64,000 bases of DNA from Macrostomum lignano (Eukaryota): contig NIVC01003731.1 in assembly GCA_002269645.1 (NCBI GenBank), positions 15,882-79,881 of the forward strand. Direction: 5' to 3'. Position numbers and translations under genes: made by a program. Under the pieces are notes generated by a model, which did not search any database, had not been told where the DNA came from, and worked only from the letters and a program-made list of their open reading frames with translations. Of the stretch, positions 1 to 12,479 are shown piece by piece. The number at the start of each line of letters is the position of its first letter. The stretch's first letter is position 1.

Positions 1-480
1 CGCAGTTTTTTAAAGTTTCTTGGTTTTGGAAGGGTAAAAAATAGATTGCCAGAGCACAGAGAACTCCATCCCCTCAAGAGACTCAAGGGCTGAGCGCAAT
101 TCTAATCTTTCCTGCAAAGACTGACGGTCCTTCAGATTCCAGAGCGTGCGATTTCAGACCTTAGCGACCAACTTTCTGCTGGCTCAGCCTCCTAATTCCC
201 TTCTGATAGCGGAGCATTTAATCATTCTCTTCCGTTCTCCGCTTTCTCCCTGTCCGCCTCCAAATCTCGCCCATCCCGTCAGTCTCGCTTCTGTCTATTA
301 TTTTTTTCGTCCGTCCGGCCCGACCGCGGTTTTGTTGAAAATTCGGCCACGCGCCCCCCTCGCCCGAGTTGCCGCCCCTTTTTTATTCTCTTTTCGCCGA
401 TTTAGGAAGATGGCATATTTGCACTCTGCCTTGTGAGTTTGTGGCTTTGCTTTTTGTACCTGCTTACGATCTTTATACAA

Positions 481-1335
481 CCTCCTCTCGTCTCTCGTCT
501 CTCTTCTCTTGTCTGTCTTCTCTTTTCTGTCTTCTCTTTTCTGTCTTCTCTCGTCTGTCTTCTCTTTTCTGTCTTCTCTCGTCTGTCTTCTCTTTTCTGT
601 CTTCTCTTGTCTGTCTTCTCTTTTCTGTCTTCTCTTGTCTCTCTTCTCTTTTCTGTCTTCTCTTGTCTGTCTTCTCTTTTCTGTCTTCTCTCGTCTGTCT
701 TCTCTTTTCTGTCTTCTCTTGTCTCTCTTCTCTTGTCTGTCTTCTCTTTTCTGTCTTCTCTTGTCTCTCTTCTCTTGTCTGTCTTCTCTTTTCTGTCTTC
801 TCTTGTCTGTCTTCTCTTTTCTGTCTTCTCTTGTCTGTCTTCTCTTTTCTGTCTTCTCTCGTCTGTCTTCTCTCGTCTCCCTTCTTCATCTCTCTTCTCT
901 CGTTTCTCTCCTCTCGTCCCTTTCCTCCCGTCTCTCTCATCTCGTCTCTATTCTCTATTCTCTCTCCTCTCGTCTCTCTTCTCTCGTCTCCCTTCTTCAT
1001 CTCTCTTCTCTCGTCTCTCTCCTCCCGTTTCTCTCCTCTCGTCTCTCTCCTTTCGTCTCTCCTCTCGTCTCTCGTCTCTCGTCTCTCTTCTCTCGTCTCC
1101 CCCTCTCATCTCTCTTCTCTCGGCTGTCTTCTCTCGTATCTCTTCTCCCCTCTTCCTACTCTCGTCTCCCTTCATCATCTCTTTTCTCTCATTTTGTCTC
1201 TTATCTCATTTCTCTTGTCTTTCTTCTTGATCTCACATCTTTTATCTCCCTTCTCCCATCTCCTATTTTCCATCTCCTTTCTGTCATCTCCCTTTCGTTA
1301 TCTCCCTCTGTCATTCACTTCTTTCTTCTTTCTTT
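481..1335. repeat. CT-rich minisatellite (14-bp units CTGTCTTCTCTTTT / CTGTCTTCTCTTGT, often alternating) decaying into CT low-complexity sequence
   Basis: Units read directly at about 505-865. The long Ser/Leu ORFs here are repeat read-through. Confidence 0.95.
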
Positions 1336-2210
1336 CCGTTTCAATTTTCAATACCGGGTTTCTGGCGTTAAGAAGCAATTTTCTCTAATTACGTTGACTC
1401 GGTCTCCGTGGGGAGAATCGGTCTCCCCACGCCAGAAATCTTGTCGTCTTAGCCATTGCGCAACAGACTGTGAAGAAAGAGATAGATAGTTGCCCCTGAC
1501 AACGGAAGTTCCGCTCTCTGACGCAATCATTTTTTAAGTTTAGAAAATAACGCTAGAACAGAAAATTGACAGCAGGAAGATCCTCTCATCTGCTTTCCGC
1601 CTTCTGCACATTGAAATTCCCTCTCCCCCTCCAGTTTACCAGCTCCGGGGGCGGGGCTGCGTCTCCTTAGTTCAGGAGCACTCGGGTTCCGCGATCCGAT
1701 CGAATCCTCGTTTGCGTTTCCATCCAGCGTATTATTGATTATTTACCTGCGGCAGAGCACACAGGAGAGGCAGCTGGCGATGACAGGGGAACAGAGGCAT
1801 AGAGACAGGCGAGCAGTTAAAAAGCACCTGTTAATGTGTCTGTCGAGTTGTTTCCTTTGCTCTCTGGTCGGCACATGGGCGTTGTCATGCACTAAAGAAG
1901 GCTTTGTTGCCGGCATCCGGCATGTATTTTGCGCCCTTTAATCTGAGCACTGGTTGGGTCGCTTCATTAGGGCGAGTCGGATAAAGGGGTTACAGAGATC
2001 AATTGACTGTAAAGATAATAGGGGGGACGGGGTTCATGGATTATAGTTTGTGAAGGCAAAATGTAGAGAATTAATAATGGGAAAACAGAGGGGTGATAAT
2101 TAGCGGACAGGTGCAGAGTTGTGGAATAAACGACGTCATACAGAATAATTTCTTGACTGCGATGCGAGCTCAGCTTTTGAGATGGGAGAGCATTGGGATG
2201 GGTGGATATG

Positions 2211-2747
2211 CAGACAGGTAGATAAGCAAACAGGTAGATAGGCATACATGTAGATAAGAGACAGGTAGATAAGCAAACAGATAGATAAGCATACAGGTAG
2301 ATAAGAGACAGGTAGATAGGCAGACGGGTAGATTAGCAAACAGGTAGATAAGCAGACAGGTAGATAAGCAGACAGGTAGATAAGCAAAAAGGTATATAAG
2401 CAAACAGGTGGATAAGCAGACAGGTAGATAAGCAGACAGATGGATAAGCAGACAGGTAGATAAGCAGACAGATGGATAAGCAGACAGGTAGATAAGCAGA
2501 CAGGTAGATAAGCAAACAGGTGGATAAGCAAACAGGTAGATAGCAGACAGGTAGATAAGCAAACAGGTAAATAAGCATACAGGTAGATAAGCAGACAGGT
2601 AGATAAGCATACAGGTAGATAAGCATACAGGTAGATAAGCAGACAGGTAGATAAGCAGACAGGTAGATAAGCAGACAGGTAGATAAGCAGACAGGTAGAT
2701 AAGCAGACAGGTAGATAAGCAGACAGGTAGATAAGCAGACAGGTATA
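2211..2747. repeat. 16-bp minisatellite ACAGGTAGATAAGCAG, about 33 copies
   Basis: Direct periodicity of 16. Confidence 0.97.
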
Positions 2748-4344
2748 TGAGTGAAAATGGATTTAACATGCAGATAACAATGCAGACAGGAGCATAGTTG
2801 ACCGTCGGCGCGATATATCCATCGTGTCAATTATTTATAAATGAGGAAACCAGATATCGCAAAAGGCAACTGGAGAAGCAAATCCCGTTATTCCAAAGAG
2901 TTTAGTAAGCTACGGTGGTATTTTTTGTCCTTCAAACTTATCCTAATTTGTTATATTCTAATCATTTGTTTTGACTGGTATATCATTTTAAATCTGGATT
3001 TGTTTATCCTGTGTCGGGCTTTTTGCAAAATAGGATTGAACGTTCGCTTTTCAGTTTTCGCTTTTTTGCTTTCGGTTTTTCAGTTTTTTTGAATAAGTTA
3101 AGTTGAAAAAGATAGCTGCCTAGCAACTACGTTAACCTGTCATCGCAGCTTCATCAACTGGGTGTTTCCAGAATCCTGTTACTCATAACTGATTAGTCAC
3201 CAAGGGGGGCAGGAGGCTAAGCTAAGCTTATTTGATGGGCTGGAATGTGTGCTAATTGGTGGTCTGGGTGCAGATCCTAGATCTAGACTAGCTAGGCCTA
3301 CACACTACTGCTGTTCAGTAGTCAGCTTGGTATATTAGAATGCGATAGTTGTTATTTTCATTGTTTATACTTATGAGGTTTTGATTGCCTACTGTTAGTA
3401 GCCAATACTGCATCGTATTATATACTTCTCAGTTCTTTTCTTTTCTCTCTCAATTCTCTCCCCTCTTCTCTCCTCTCACTCTACTCTCTCTCCTCTCTCC
3501 CCTCCCTGCTTCTCTTCCCTCTCTTTTTCTCTCCCCTTTAAAACTCTCCCTTCTCTTCTCTCCTCTCTTCTCTTCTCTTACCTCTCCTCTGTCTTATGAG
3601 CTGAATTTTTTATCTGGCACTTGAGGTAAAAAATAAATAGTCTAGCATTATTATTCATTCACAAGTAGAGTTTTTTTAAACAGTTTATCTTGTTAGATTC
3701 TGTTTAGTTAGTTGATCAAGATCTGGTATTAAGTGAGGCTTGCCAGCTTCAAAATCTTCATTATCATTATTGTACTCATATATTAGTCTGGTTGCCAGGT
3801 CGCATTTGAGCAGCTCAGAAATTAATGCTCAACTTGCTGCAGATTCACTCTTCCATAGCATTCACGCCTTCTACGTATCTAGGAGAATCTAAACTGTACC
3901 TAATAGCTTACCTTTTCACACCTTGCCTGTCACCAGTTAGTTTTTGAGTGCCGTGCTCATGCAGCTTGTCTTGCATTCGGGACTCAGCCGCATCGCGTTG
4001 CTTGGTCGGACTCAGTGCGATAGAGAGTACTCTACTAATTTATTCATTTGACTCAAACTGCCTGCGGTCCCGGCGTTTATTGAGAGCATGAATATTGATG
4101 GGGGAGAAGCTGGAGTCTGCTACTGCTTTTGTATTTGTATCTGCTAGCAAATTTAGAGGATCGAAATCCCCTTATTTAATGCTTTCATTGAATGCTTCTT
4201 CATCGATTTGTTATCTCTTGCAGCCATGCTATTCTAGGCTGCGTACTGCATTTTCGGTTTCCTTTTTTGTCATTCTTTTTACGGCTTCAATTTTCCTACA
4301 ATTTGCTTTTGGATGGATTCCAAGTAGCAAACAATTGCTCATGA

Positions 4345-5110
4345 TAGATGTCGCTTATAAATGATGTCGCTCACGAGAGAGCTGTTGGGATGTCGCTCAT
4401 TAGAGATGTCGAGATGTCGCGCATGAACTGTCGGAATGTCGCCCATGAGGTATCAGAATTTCGCTCATGCGATGTCGGGATATCTCCCATGAGAGATGAA
4501 GGAATGTCGGCTATGAGCTGTCTGGATGTCGGCCATGAGATGTCGGGATGTCTGTCATGAGCTGTCTGGATGTCTGTCATGAGCTGTCTGGATGTCTGTC
4601 ATGAGCTGTCGGGATGTCGGCCATGAGATGTCGGGATGTCGGCCATGAGATGTCAGGATGTCAGCCATGAGCTGTCGGGATGTCGGCTATGAGCTGTCGG
4701 GATGTCGGCCATGAGATGTCGGGATGTCGGCCATGAGATGTCGGGATGTCGGCCATGAAATGTCAGGATGTCGGCTATGAGCTGTCGGGATGTCGGCCAT
4801 GAGATGTCAGGATGTCGGCCATGAGCTGTTGGGATGTCGGCAATGAGATGTCAGGATGTCGGCCATGAGCTGTCGGGATGTCAACTATGAGATATCTGGA
4901 TGTCGGCCATGAGCTGTCTGGATGTCGGCTATGAGCTGTCTGGATGTATGTCATGAGATGTCTGGATGTCGGCCATAAGATGTCGGGATGTCTGTCATGA
5001 GCTGTCTGGATGTCGGCCATGAGAGTCGGGATGTCGGCTATGAGCTGTCTGGATGTCGGCCATGAGATGTCGAAATATCGCTATCGAAATGTCGCTCATT
5101 AGAGATTTTA
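4345..5110. repeat. 22-bp minisatellite GATGTCGGCCATGAGATGTCGG with degenerate edges
   Basis: Core at about 4505-5075. The unit contains an internal GATGTCGG duplication. Confidence 0.95.
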
Positions 5111-6430
5111 TTCATTATTCATATCATCAATGAAGTATGTCGCTTAAAAATACTTTTTAGTTTTTTTCTGTTCCATATTTCATAGATTAAATGTCTTGTG
5201 AATATGAATGAATGAATTTTCATGCCCAGAAATAGAACTTAGCCGAAGCATTCATATTCATATTCACCTTTTAGTGCGAGGCCTGTCAACTTTGCTTTAG
5301 TCAGTAGAGCTCCCATAATTCGTGTTCAAACTAGCTGGTTCAATCTTCATTGTATGCTGACGAAGTTAAAAAAATACCTCGTATCCTATTTTCGTACCTA
5401 CCCTACCTATTATTCTTCTTTACCTCTCTGTCAACACTGGTTAACTAGATAGCAATTCTCACACTAATAGCTTAATGGCGCAGCACTGGGATCGCTTAGG
5501 GATAGCGCTCGCCCCTCTGGATGATCTACTAGTACTTTGACAAGAACCGAAATTGAGTAGTGATTATTAGATGAGGCTCTCTGTTCGAAAATCGTCTACT
5601 GCTTTCGTTTCTGCAGGCCATAAATTTCATTTTCTGCTCTCTCTCTCCCAGAGTCACACAGCAGCAGCAGCACTAACGAGTGCCCTGCCGTTGCTGCTGC
5701 TAGGCGGTCTGAGCATGACTATACGTGCAGAAACATTTGCCAGTAACAACCCCGGGGGAGCTGGGAATCCAGGCTTAAGTGTTCCAGATGAGTTCCTTAT
5801 GCCTACTATACTGTCGTGGAGAACTTCGGCCAAGCGTCAATCTTCGATAAAGAGCTGCTCATTAGAGTTTCTACTAGGGTCAGTAGGCGAGAAAACTGAT
5901 TAAAATGATTAGCAGTGCTTAAGATTTGACGGTTCAAGTTGGATTTAGCGGACTGTCGGATTGGCAGGGAGCAAGGCTGAGTCCACTGACACACTTATTG
6001 AGCTGGAACGGCGCTGATTGGTCGGCCCAGTTTTTCTGGCTGACTGAAGGCTTCTGAGGCTTCATCGGTTTATATGGCTGTTTCTGACAGTCCAATTTTA
6101 CTTCCAATACTATTTCTAAACACAAAGATACACTTTCAAGCGATATTGTCGCGGAGATTTTGCATCGAACTTTCGAATCCTTTTTTCTCTGTGTTTCCGT
6201 ATTTGTGTCATTGAGTGCGCGCAGTTTCCCGTAACGCCTGTGCCGCCCCCACGTGTGTGTGTGTGTGTGTCCCCGATAGCTGGACCGAATTAGCTAGATT
6301 GAGAACGCAGCCGGTCTCAATCTAGCTGACTAGCTGCCAAAAATGCAGCAACAGCATCAGCGTAATGCTGCAGCAGATTCAGTATAGTATATATAATATA
6401 CACAGTATAATTACTGCCGTCACAACAGGT

Positions 6431-6542
6431 ATGTCTAGCAGACTAGTTGCTATGGTCGGACGGTTCGGCCACTCAGAATTCACTGTCTCAATGCCGCTGC
6501 TGCTTCTGCTATTATTGTTACTGAGCTCCGGCGTCTCGGCTG
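6431..6542 (+). CDS. Lar: Alternative leader exon A of the LAR-family RPTP, encoding a signal peptide (MSSRLVAMVGRFGHSEFTVSMPLLLLLLLLLSSGVSA; start could be 6365, 6431 or 6491)
   Basis: Poly-Leu h-region and VSA cleavage motif end exactly at a G|GTAAGT donor (6543) in phase 1. This matches the phase-1 acceptor of the Ig1 exon at 32490. Confidence 0.7.
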
Positions 6543-7635
6543 GTAAGTTTTTTAAAAATATTTTTATTCCAGTCTCAGGCTTTGTCACGGTCATAGCAAT
6601 CCGCGCCATCAGAGCACCGGTAAAGAGCTAAATACTCTTTCGACCAAAACGCTGAATAATAAAAGTTTTTTTTAAATTCTGCATTATAAAGCTGTGGAAT
6701 TGTTGCGCTGTAAATGTTTGGGACGAGTTGCAGAAAGTCAAGCAAATAACCTAGGGAAGGTTTTAGTGCTTTTTTGCTATGTACACCTCAGCAGCGGAGA
6801 ATCTCCCTTTCTCCTATACTGCTTTTTCCCCCAGCTTCTTTGTCTTCTCCCCATCTCTTGGCGTGCAGGCTTGTAGCTTTATTTATCTCTACCAGTGCTC
6901 ACAGCAGAGCCGCTGGTCTATTCAGGATCTGCTCAAAGCGCCTAAGCTTTGACTTTACGGAGATGTCACAGGTTGGTGCTGCTGCTGCTTCTGGTGCTGA
7001 AGCAGAGCAAAACTGAGGTGGGCAGGGCAGGGGACAGCTTTGCGTTTGGCAGCCCCTCCGGCGGCCACTGACCATTTATTATTCATTTACTCAGCAACTA
7101 TGATGTGGGATTGGAGCCTTCTCTCCCCTCCCAACTCCCTAGCTTCTCCCCTCCCCGTGTCTCGCCCTCCTGCCCAGCCAACTCCCAGAGTTCACCTTTC
7201 CAGCCTTGGCCGCATAGGAAGGCCTGTCGCCCGAGAACAAGTTGTATCTGACCGGCCCAGCCAGAGACAGAGAGTAAAACGATCGCAAACGATACGAGAG
7301 AAGCCCACTGGTTTGCCTGCTTAGGCCGGGAGGGGCGGCTCCATCCCCTTTGACCGGCTGGGTGACCCGCTCAAATGAACAATGCAGTGAGCTCAGACAC
7401 GACCAAGTTCTAGTAGTTGAGGCTGGAGCGAACAAGAAGCTATTCCAGTTCAAAGAAATCACTGGAGTGCGTGTTAACAGGCTTTTGGTGGCATTGAGCC
7501 CTGGTATTTGTGCACTTTTGCGGGGCGAAGTTGAAATTTGGGCTCCTTATTATGCTATGTAAGACTTGATGTGTTTACAGGAGTTTTCCAATCAGACCCT
7601 ATCCTTATCCTATCCTCATAGGATCCATATCCTCA

Positions 7636-8205
7636 AATCTGCCTCTCCGCTCCCTCAGTCCTTGAGAATCAGCCTCTCCGCTCCATCAGTCCTTGAGAAT
7701 CTGCCTCTCCGCTCCCTCATTCCTTCAGAATCTGCCTCTCCGCTCCCTCAGTCCTTGAGAATCTGCCTCTCCGCTCCATCAGTCCTTGAGAATCTGCCTC
7801 TCCGCTCCCTCATTCCTTCAGAATCTGCCTCTCCGCTCCCTCATTCCTTCAGAATCTGCCTCTCCGCTCCCTCACTCCTTGAGAATCGGCCTTTCCGCTC
7901 CATCAGTCCTTGAGAATCTGCCTCTCCACTCTATCAGTCCTTGAGAATCGGCCTTTCCGCTCCATCAGTCCTTGAGAATCTGCCTCTCCACTCCCTCAGT
8001 CCTTGAGAATCTGCCTCTCCGCTCCCTCAGTCCTTGAGAATCTGCCTCTCCACTCCCTCATTCCTTCAGAATCTGCCTCTCCACTCCATCAGTCCTTGAG
8101 AATCTGCCTCCCCGCTCCATCAGTCCTTGAGAATCTGCCTCTCCACTCTATCAGTCCTTGAGAATCTGCCTCTCCGCTCCATCAGTCCTTGAGAATCTGT
8201 CTCTC
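7636..8205. repeat. 31-bp minisatellite TCCTTGAGAATCTGCCTCTCCGCTCCCTCAG, about 18 copies
   Basis: Direct periodicity of 31. Confidence 0.96.
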
Positions 8206-8943
8206 AGATTCTTTGAATCCTGTAGCAATCCTCTTCAGATGAAGAGCCTGCGATCTTGTCCCAATCCTTTTAAGAGATCAATCTACATTCCCACTCAGTT
8301 TGGTCTCACAGTCTAACTTAAATGCCTGTCATTCTTCTCATCGCCCAGAGCTCTCCGCACATCCACCTGGAAGGCTTAGGCGCCATGGCCTTCACAGCAG
8401 AACCCGTGAATGGAGGCCAATTTCTAGTTGGTTCTGAGCAAAGAAACTAACGCCAATGAAACGTGTGTATGCGTGTGTTTTTTCACCTTCCTCTCGCCAT
8501 CGGTTATTTTTTTTTTCGCGCTCCAACCCGCTTACGGCTGGCCAAGTGTCGCCGCGTGAGCTGTTCTTAGAGAAACTGTTTGAAACACTGCAAGGCGAGA
8601 GATGACGAGACAGAGAGAGAGGCGAGAGTTCCTTTCAGCCTGTCTGTAGATCGATGCCACATCCCAGCCATTCTCTGTGCTGCAGTATTGTTGCAGGCTT
8701 TGCAGGCGTTCATGTTTGTTGCCTCATCTCTTTTTCCGATGCGCTCATTCTCCATGTTGCCTAATGTCTTCATGTCATCGGCCACCTCTTCAAAATTGAT
8801 GTCGTTAACGCTGCATCAGCTTCAGTAGAAGATTCTATTCGATTCAAATGATCGCAGAAAGGAAAGGGTATTCTTGAACTTCAGCTTATTATATAGTATA
8901 ACATAGCTTTCACCTGGATAGGATAATCTTATTAGCTTAAAGA

Positions 8944-9054
8944 AGAGATTGTACAATGCCTGACGATTAGAAAGTCAAGGGCTGCTGTACACCCTTGTGT
9001 GAGCGAGTGTATGACTTGCCTCATGTCAATATCGCCGTAGGCGTTGCGCCAGGG
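8944..9054. mobile_element. Dispersed repeat, internally deleted copy of the element at 26387-26577
   Basis: TGACGATTAGAAAGTCAAGGGCTGCTGTACACCCTTGTGTGAGCG and TCGCCGTAGGCGTTGCGCCAGGGT match both ends of the 26.4-kb copy. Confidence 0.75.
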
Positions 9055-9255
9055 TACCTAAAACTCACCTGGTAATTAAACTCAATTAAAGACTTTTATT
9101 GTAATTAATGTATTACCTAGCAAAGTTCAGTTAGTTTCAAAAACAATGCCTGTGGGACTCCCCTGTTAGTTCTCCTGTTAGGTAATGGTGTCTCATTATG
9201 ATTGTTTAATGACAATAATAATTCAGCCATTGTTATCTGGGCGCGGGTTAATTGT

Positions 9256-9418
9256 ATGGCGCCTGCTGGCTTGTGTCTCGCATCTTGGCAACATTTTTTT
9301 TATTATTCTGGCCAGCTCAAAATCTCCTCGTCCCGTTTCTCTGTGTCTGTCTTCTTTCCCCTCCTGTTTTTTTCTACCTTTCCCGCCGTACCGAAGAAGT
9401 TTAATACGCAGGTCCCAG
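9256..9418 (+). CDS. Weak candidate alternative leader exon B (MAPAGLCLASWQHFFYYSGQLKISSSRFSVSVFFPLLFFSTFPAVPKKFNTQVP)
   Basis: Open from the ATG to a strong CAG|GTAAGC donor in phase 1. The hydrophobic stretch is late and atypical and may just be a pyrimidine tract. Confidence 0.3.
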
Positions 9419-10502
9419 GTAAGCTAGCCGCTGGCGCCGGCGCTAAATACAGGTTGGACAGGAGGCCAATACTGGCTGGATTTGAGTAGCTGGCAGTTAG
9501 AGCCGGGAGAGAGTGAGCGCAAGTGTACCTGGCCATGCGGCACTGCGGAAACCATTCTAAATTATGCATTCCCATTCTTGGCGCGCCAGCTGAGGAGGTT
9601 GGGTTGGCGGCCAACTCCGCACTAAATATTGCGCCTTGTCTTCGGGATCTGATGGTTCGTTGAAGTGGGAAAATTCTCCCATTTCCATCCGTCCCCAGCC
9701 TGTGACGCGGCCATCCGGCAGCCCTCGGTTAGACGAGATCCAAAAAAATTTCCATTGACAACAACCGCCCCTGTAAAATCACTTTGATCAGGCAAGCTCC
9801 CCCCCCTGACCCCTTAAATACACCTGGCACTAGCTACTGCTGTTGAATATGTTTACACTGTTACTCAGCCAACCAGCCAGTTTATAAACCTAGTCGCTGT
9901 ATTTCTCCATAAGAGATAAGAGCCTTGAGATCATCGCTTCCAGTTCGATTAGTCGCTATTTTATTCCACTCGACTGTGGGCTCCACTGTCTGTGTCCGGC
10001 CTGAAGCTTATTTGCAAGCTGGCTTCTCCTTCCGAGCCCTACCCGCCAGCAAGCGGTATCAAATTCCCATTGCGGATGCGCTGAAGATGCCTCATCAAGG
10101 CTTAGGGATAGACTGCAGCGAGAGGGAGAGGTTAGAGAAAGAAAAATAACTGTGCGCATTATTGTTAGCCAGAGTGCCGGTCCTGGGGGCTCGCTTTCCT
10201 CGGCTGGCTCGTATATCTCTGTCTGTTGGGGTTTTACTTTTTCATATTGGCTGTGGGCCTGCGCTGACCAAGCATTGGCTTCTCAATTGAGCTGCTTGAG
10301 GCGAAAAAATTGATAGAACTAACTGCATAGAGAGACTGTCGGTGTTATGCAACAGCGCAAATTTAGTCGTACGTCAACATTTTTAATGGAATATAAATTG
10401 GATAGCTACATGTAGCGGGCAGCTGAGACATCGAGGAAACTTACCATTTTACAGCAGGTCCTTATGGACACAGCTTAGCCATGATGCATGCTCTATGAAC
10501 CA

Positions 10503-11385
10503 CTGCCAGCCTTCCTGATCCCCAGTTGCTGTGCTGCCAGCCTCCCAGGGTGTCAGTTGGTGGACAAGCCTCCCAGAGTGTCAGTTGCTGGGCCAGCCTC
10601 CCAGGGTGTCAGTTGGTGGACAAGCCTCCCAGAGTGTCAGGTGCTGGGCCAGCCTCCCAGAGTGTCAGTTGCTGTGCCGCCAGCCTCCCAGATCCTCAGT
10701 TGCTGGGCCAGCCTCCCATGCAGAGTGTCAGTTGCTGGGCCAGCCTCCCAGATCCTCAGTTATTGGGCCGCCAGCCTTCCAGATTCTCAGTTGCTGGGCC
10801 ATCCTCCCAGATCCTCAGTTGCTGTGCCTCCAGCCTCCCAGATCCTCAGTTGCTGGGCCATCCTCCCAGATCCTCAGTTGCTGTGCCTCCAGCCTCCCAG
10901 ATCCTCAGTTGCTGGGCCAGCCTCCCAGATCCTCAGTTGCTGTACCTCCAGCCTCCCAGATCCTCAGTTGCTGGGCCAGCCTCCCAGAGTGTCAGTTGCT
11001 GTGCTGCCAGCCTTTCAGATCCTCAGTTGCTGTACCTCCAGCCTTCCAGATCCTCAGTTGCTGGGCCAGCCTCCCAGAGTGTCAGTTGCTGTGCTGCCAG
11101 CCTTTCAGATCCTCAGTTGCTGTACCTCCAGCCTTCCAGATCCTCAGTTGCTGTGCCTCCAGCCTCCCAGAGTGTCAGTTGCTGGGCCAGCCTCCCAGAT
11201 CCTCAGTTATTGGGCCGCCAGCCTTCCAGATTCTCAGTTGCTGGGCCATCCTCCCAGATCCTCAGTTGCTGTGCTGCCAGCCTCCCAGATCCTCAGTTGC
11301 TGGGCCAGCCTCCCAGAGTGTCAGTTGCTGTGCTGCCAGCCTTCCAGATCCTCAGTTGTGCTACCGACCTCCCAGACCCTCAGAT
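10503..11385. repeat. 28-bp minisatellite family GCCAGCCTCCCAGATCCTCAGTTGCTGG, array 1 (28- and 31-bp variants)
   Basis: Direct periodicity. The same family occurs at 12480 and 35868. Confidence 0.96.
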
Positions 11386-12479
11386 TAGATATTTTAGTTT
11401 TAAAAACCAATGCCACTTAAAAGCCTTTAACCGTACGAGGATAAACCTTAGTCTAAGTATAAAGCGAAGTTAGTTTGAAGAAAAGGAATTTCGGTTTCTC
11501 AATTTCGTGACTAGAGAGCTGTGACACTCCTTTGGCCTTTCGTCTGCCAGATCGCGAAGGCCGCGGTCATAAAATTGGGTAGAAAAAGCAAGAGAAAAGG
11601 AGAGGAGCAGAGGTTGGGAGAATTTCCACCCCACACGCAAGACCATGACCGGATTGTTGGCCACAATTCCATCTTCTTGGTCCTTAACCGCAGGATAAAA
11701 CTCTATTTTTTAAATTGAATACTTTCGACGACCTTTCGGTTGTTTTCTTGAGCAGAGTAGTGCACCGGTACTGGTTAGCTTGAGCCGGCATCTCCCGCCT
11801 GCTAACTTGTCCTTTATGCGGGAGTTCTGTTGTGTCCCAGCTGGCAAGTGGCTGGATTCTATGTATACATTTTCATGGCAGCCTTGTGGAACAGGGCTTC
11901 TGGGGCCCCCCTTACCCGTACGCTGAGGCTGCAAAGGCCCCATCGATTCTCCATTGCTGTCGCTTCCCAACTCTTCTCTCTGCCGGACTCTCGATCTGCC
12001 TGACTTGGCGCATTTCTCCCCTTTGGGGATCGAACTTTCGCTGGAGGTATGAATATGTAAAAAAGTGGCCCGTATCTCTCTATCTCTCCTCTGCTGTCCC
12101 TCCTTCTGCTTGCCTCAGCTGCACAGCCAGCTTCTGTCTTATTTTCTGCCCATCACTGTCCGAGTTCCTGAGGCGATGGGCCCTGCCTGCCGCCGCCGCA
12201 GATATGATGCGAGTAATTTCAATTTACTGTCTTGCGATCTAGTCCAAGTCTGGTCCGTCTGTCAGATTGCCGCGTCCGCGCGCTGTTCAAGAAGAATATT
12301 CATATACTTGTTCTTTACTGAGAATCGGAAATCTGATTTTTGTATGCATGTGTGTGAACTTACTTCACTGGCTGCTGGGCCTATGGGAAATATTTGAGAT
12401 TGTTTGCGGTAAATTTGCTGCATCTGCCACTAGGTTCGGCTTGTGCACTTTCATGATTGTTTACTCCAAGCTTCTCTGA

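Noticed and set aside
2841-2904. ATG-initiated ORF ending at a phase-1 GTAAGC
   Set aside because: The peptide is basic and hydrophilic with no signal character, and the exon side of the donor (TTA) is poor.
8567-8815. Minus-strand ORF with a GKR motif suggesting a neuropeptide precursor or nested gene
   Set aside because: No signal peptide, no repeated peptide units, and no convincing splice sites.
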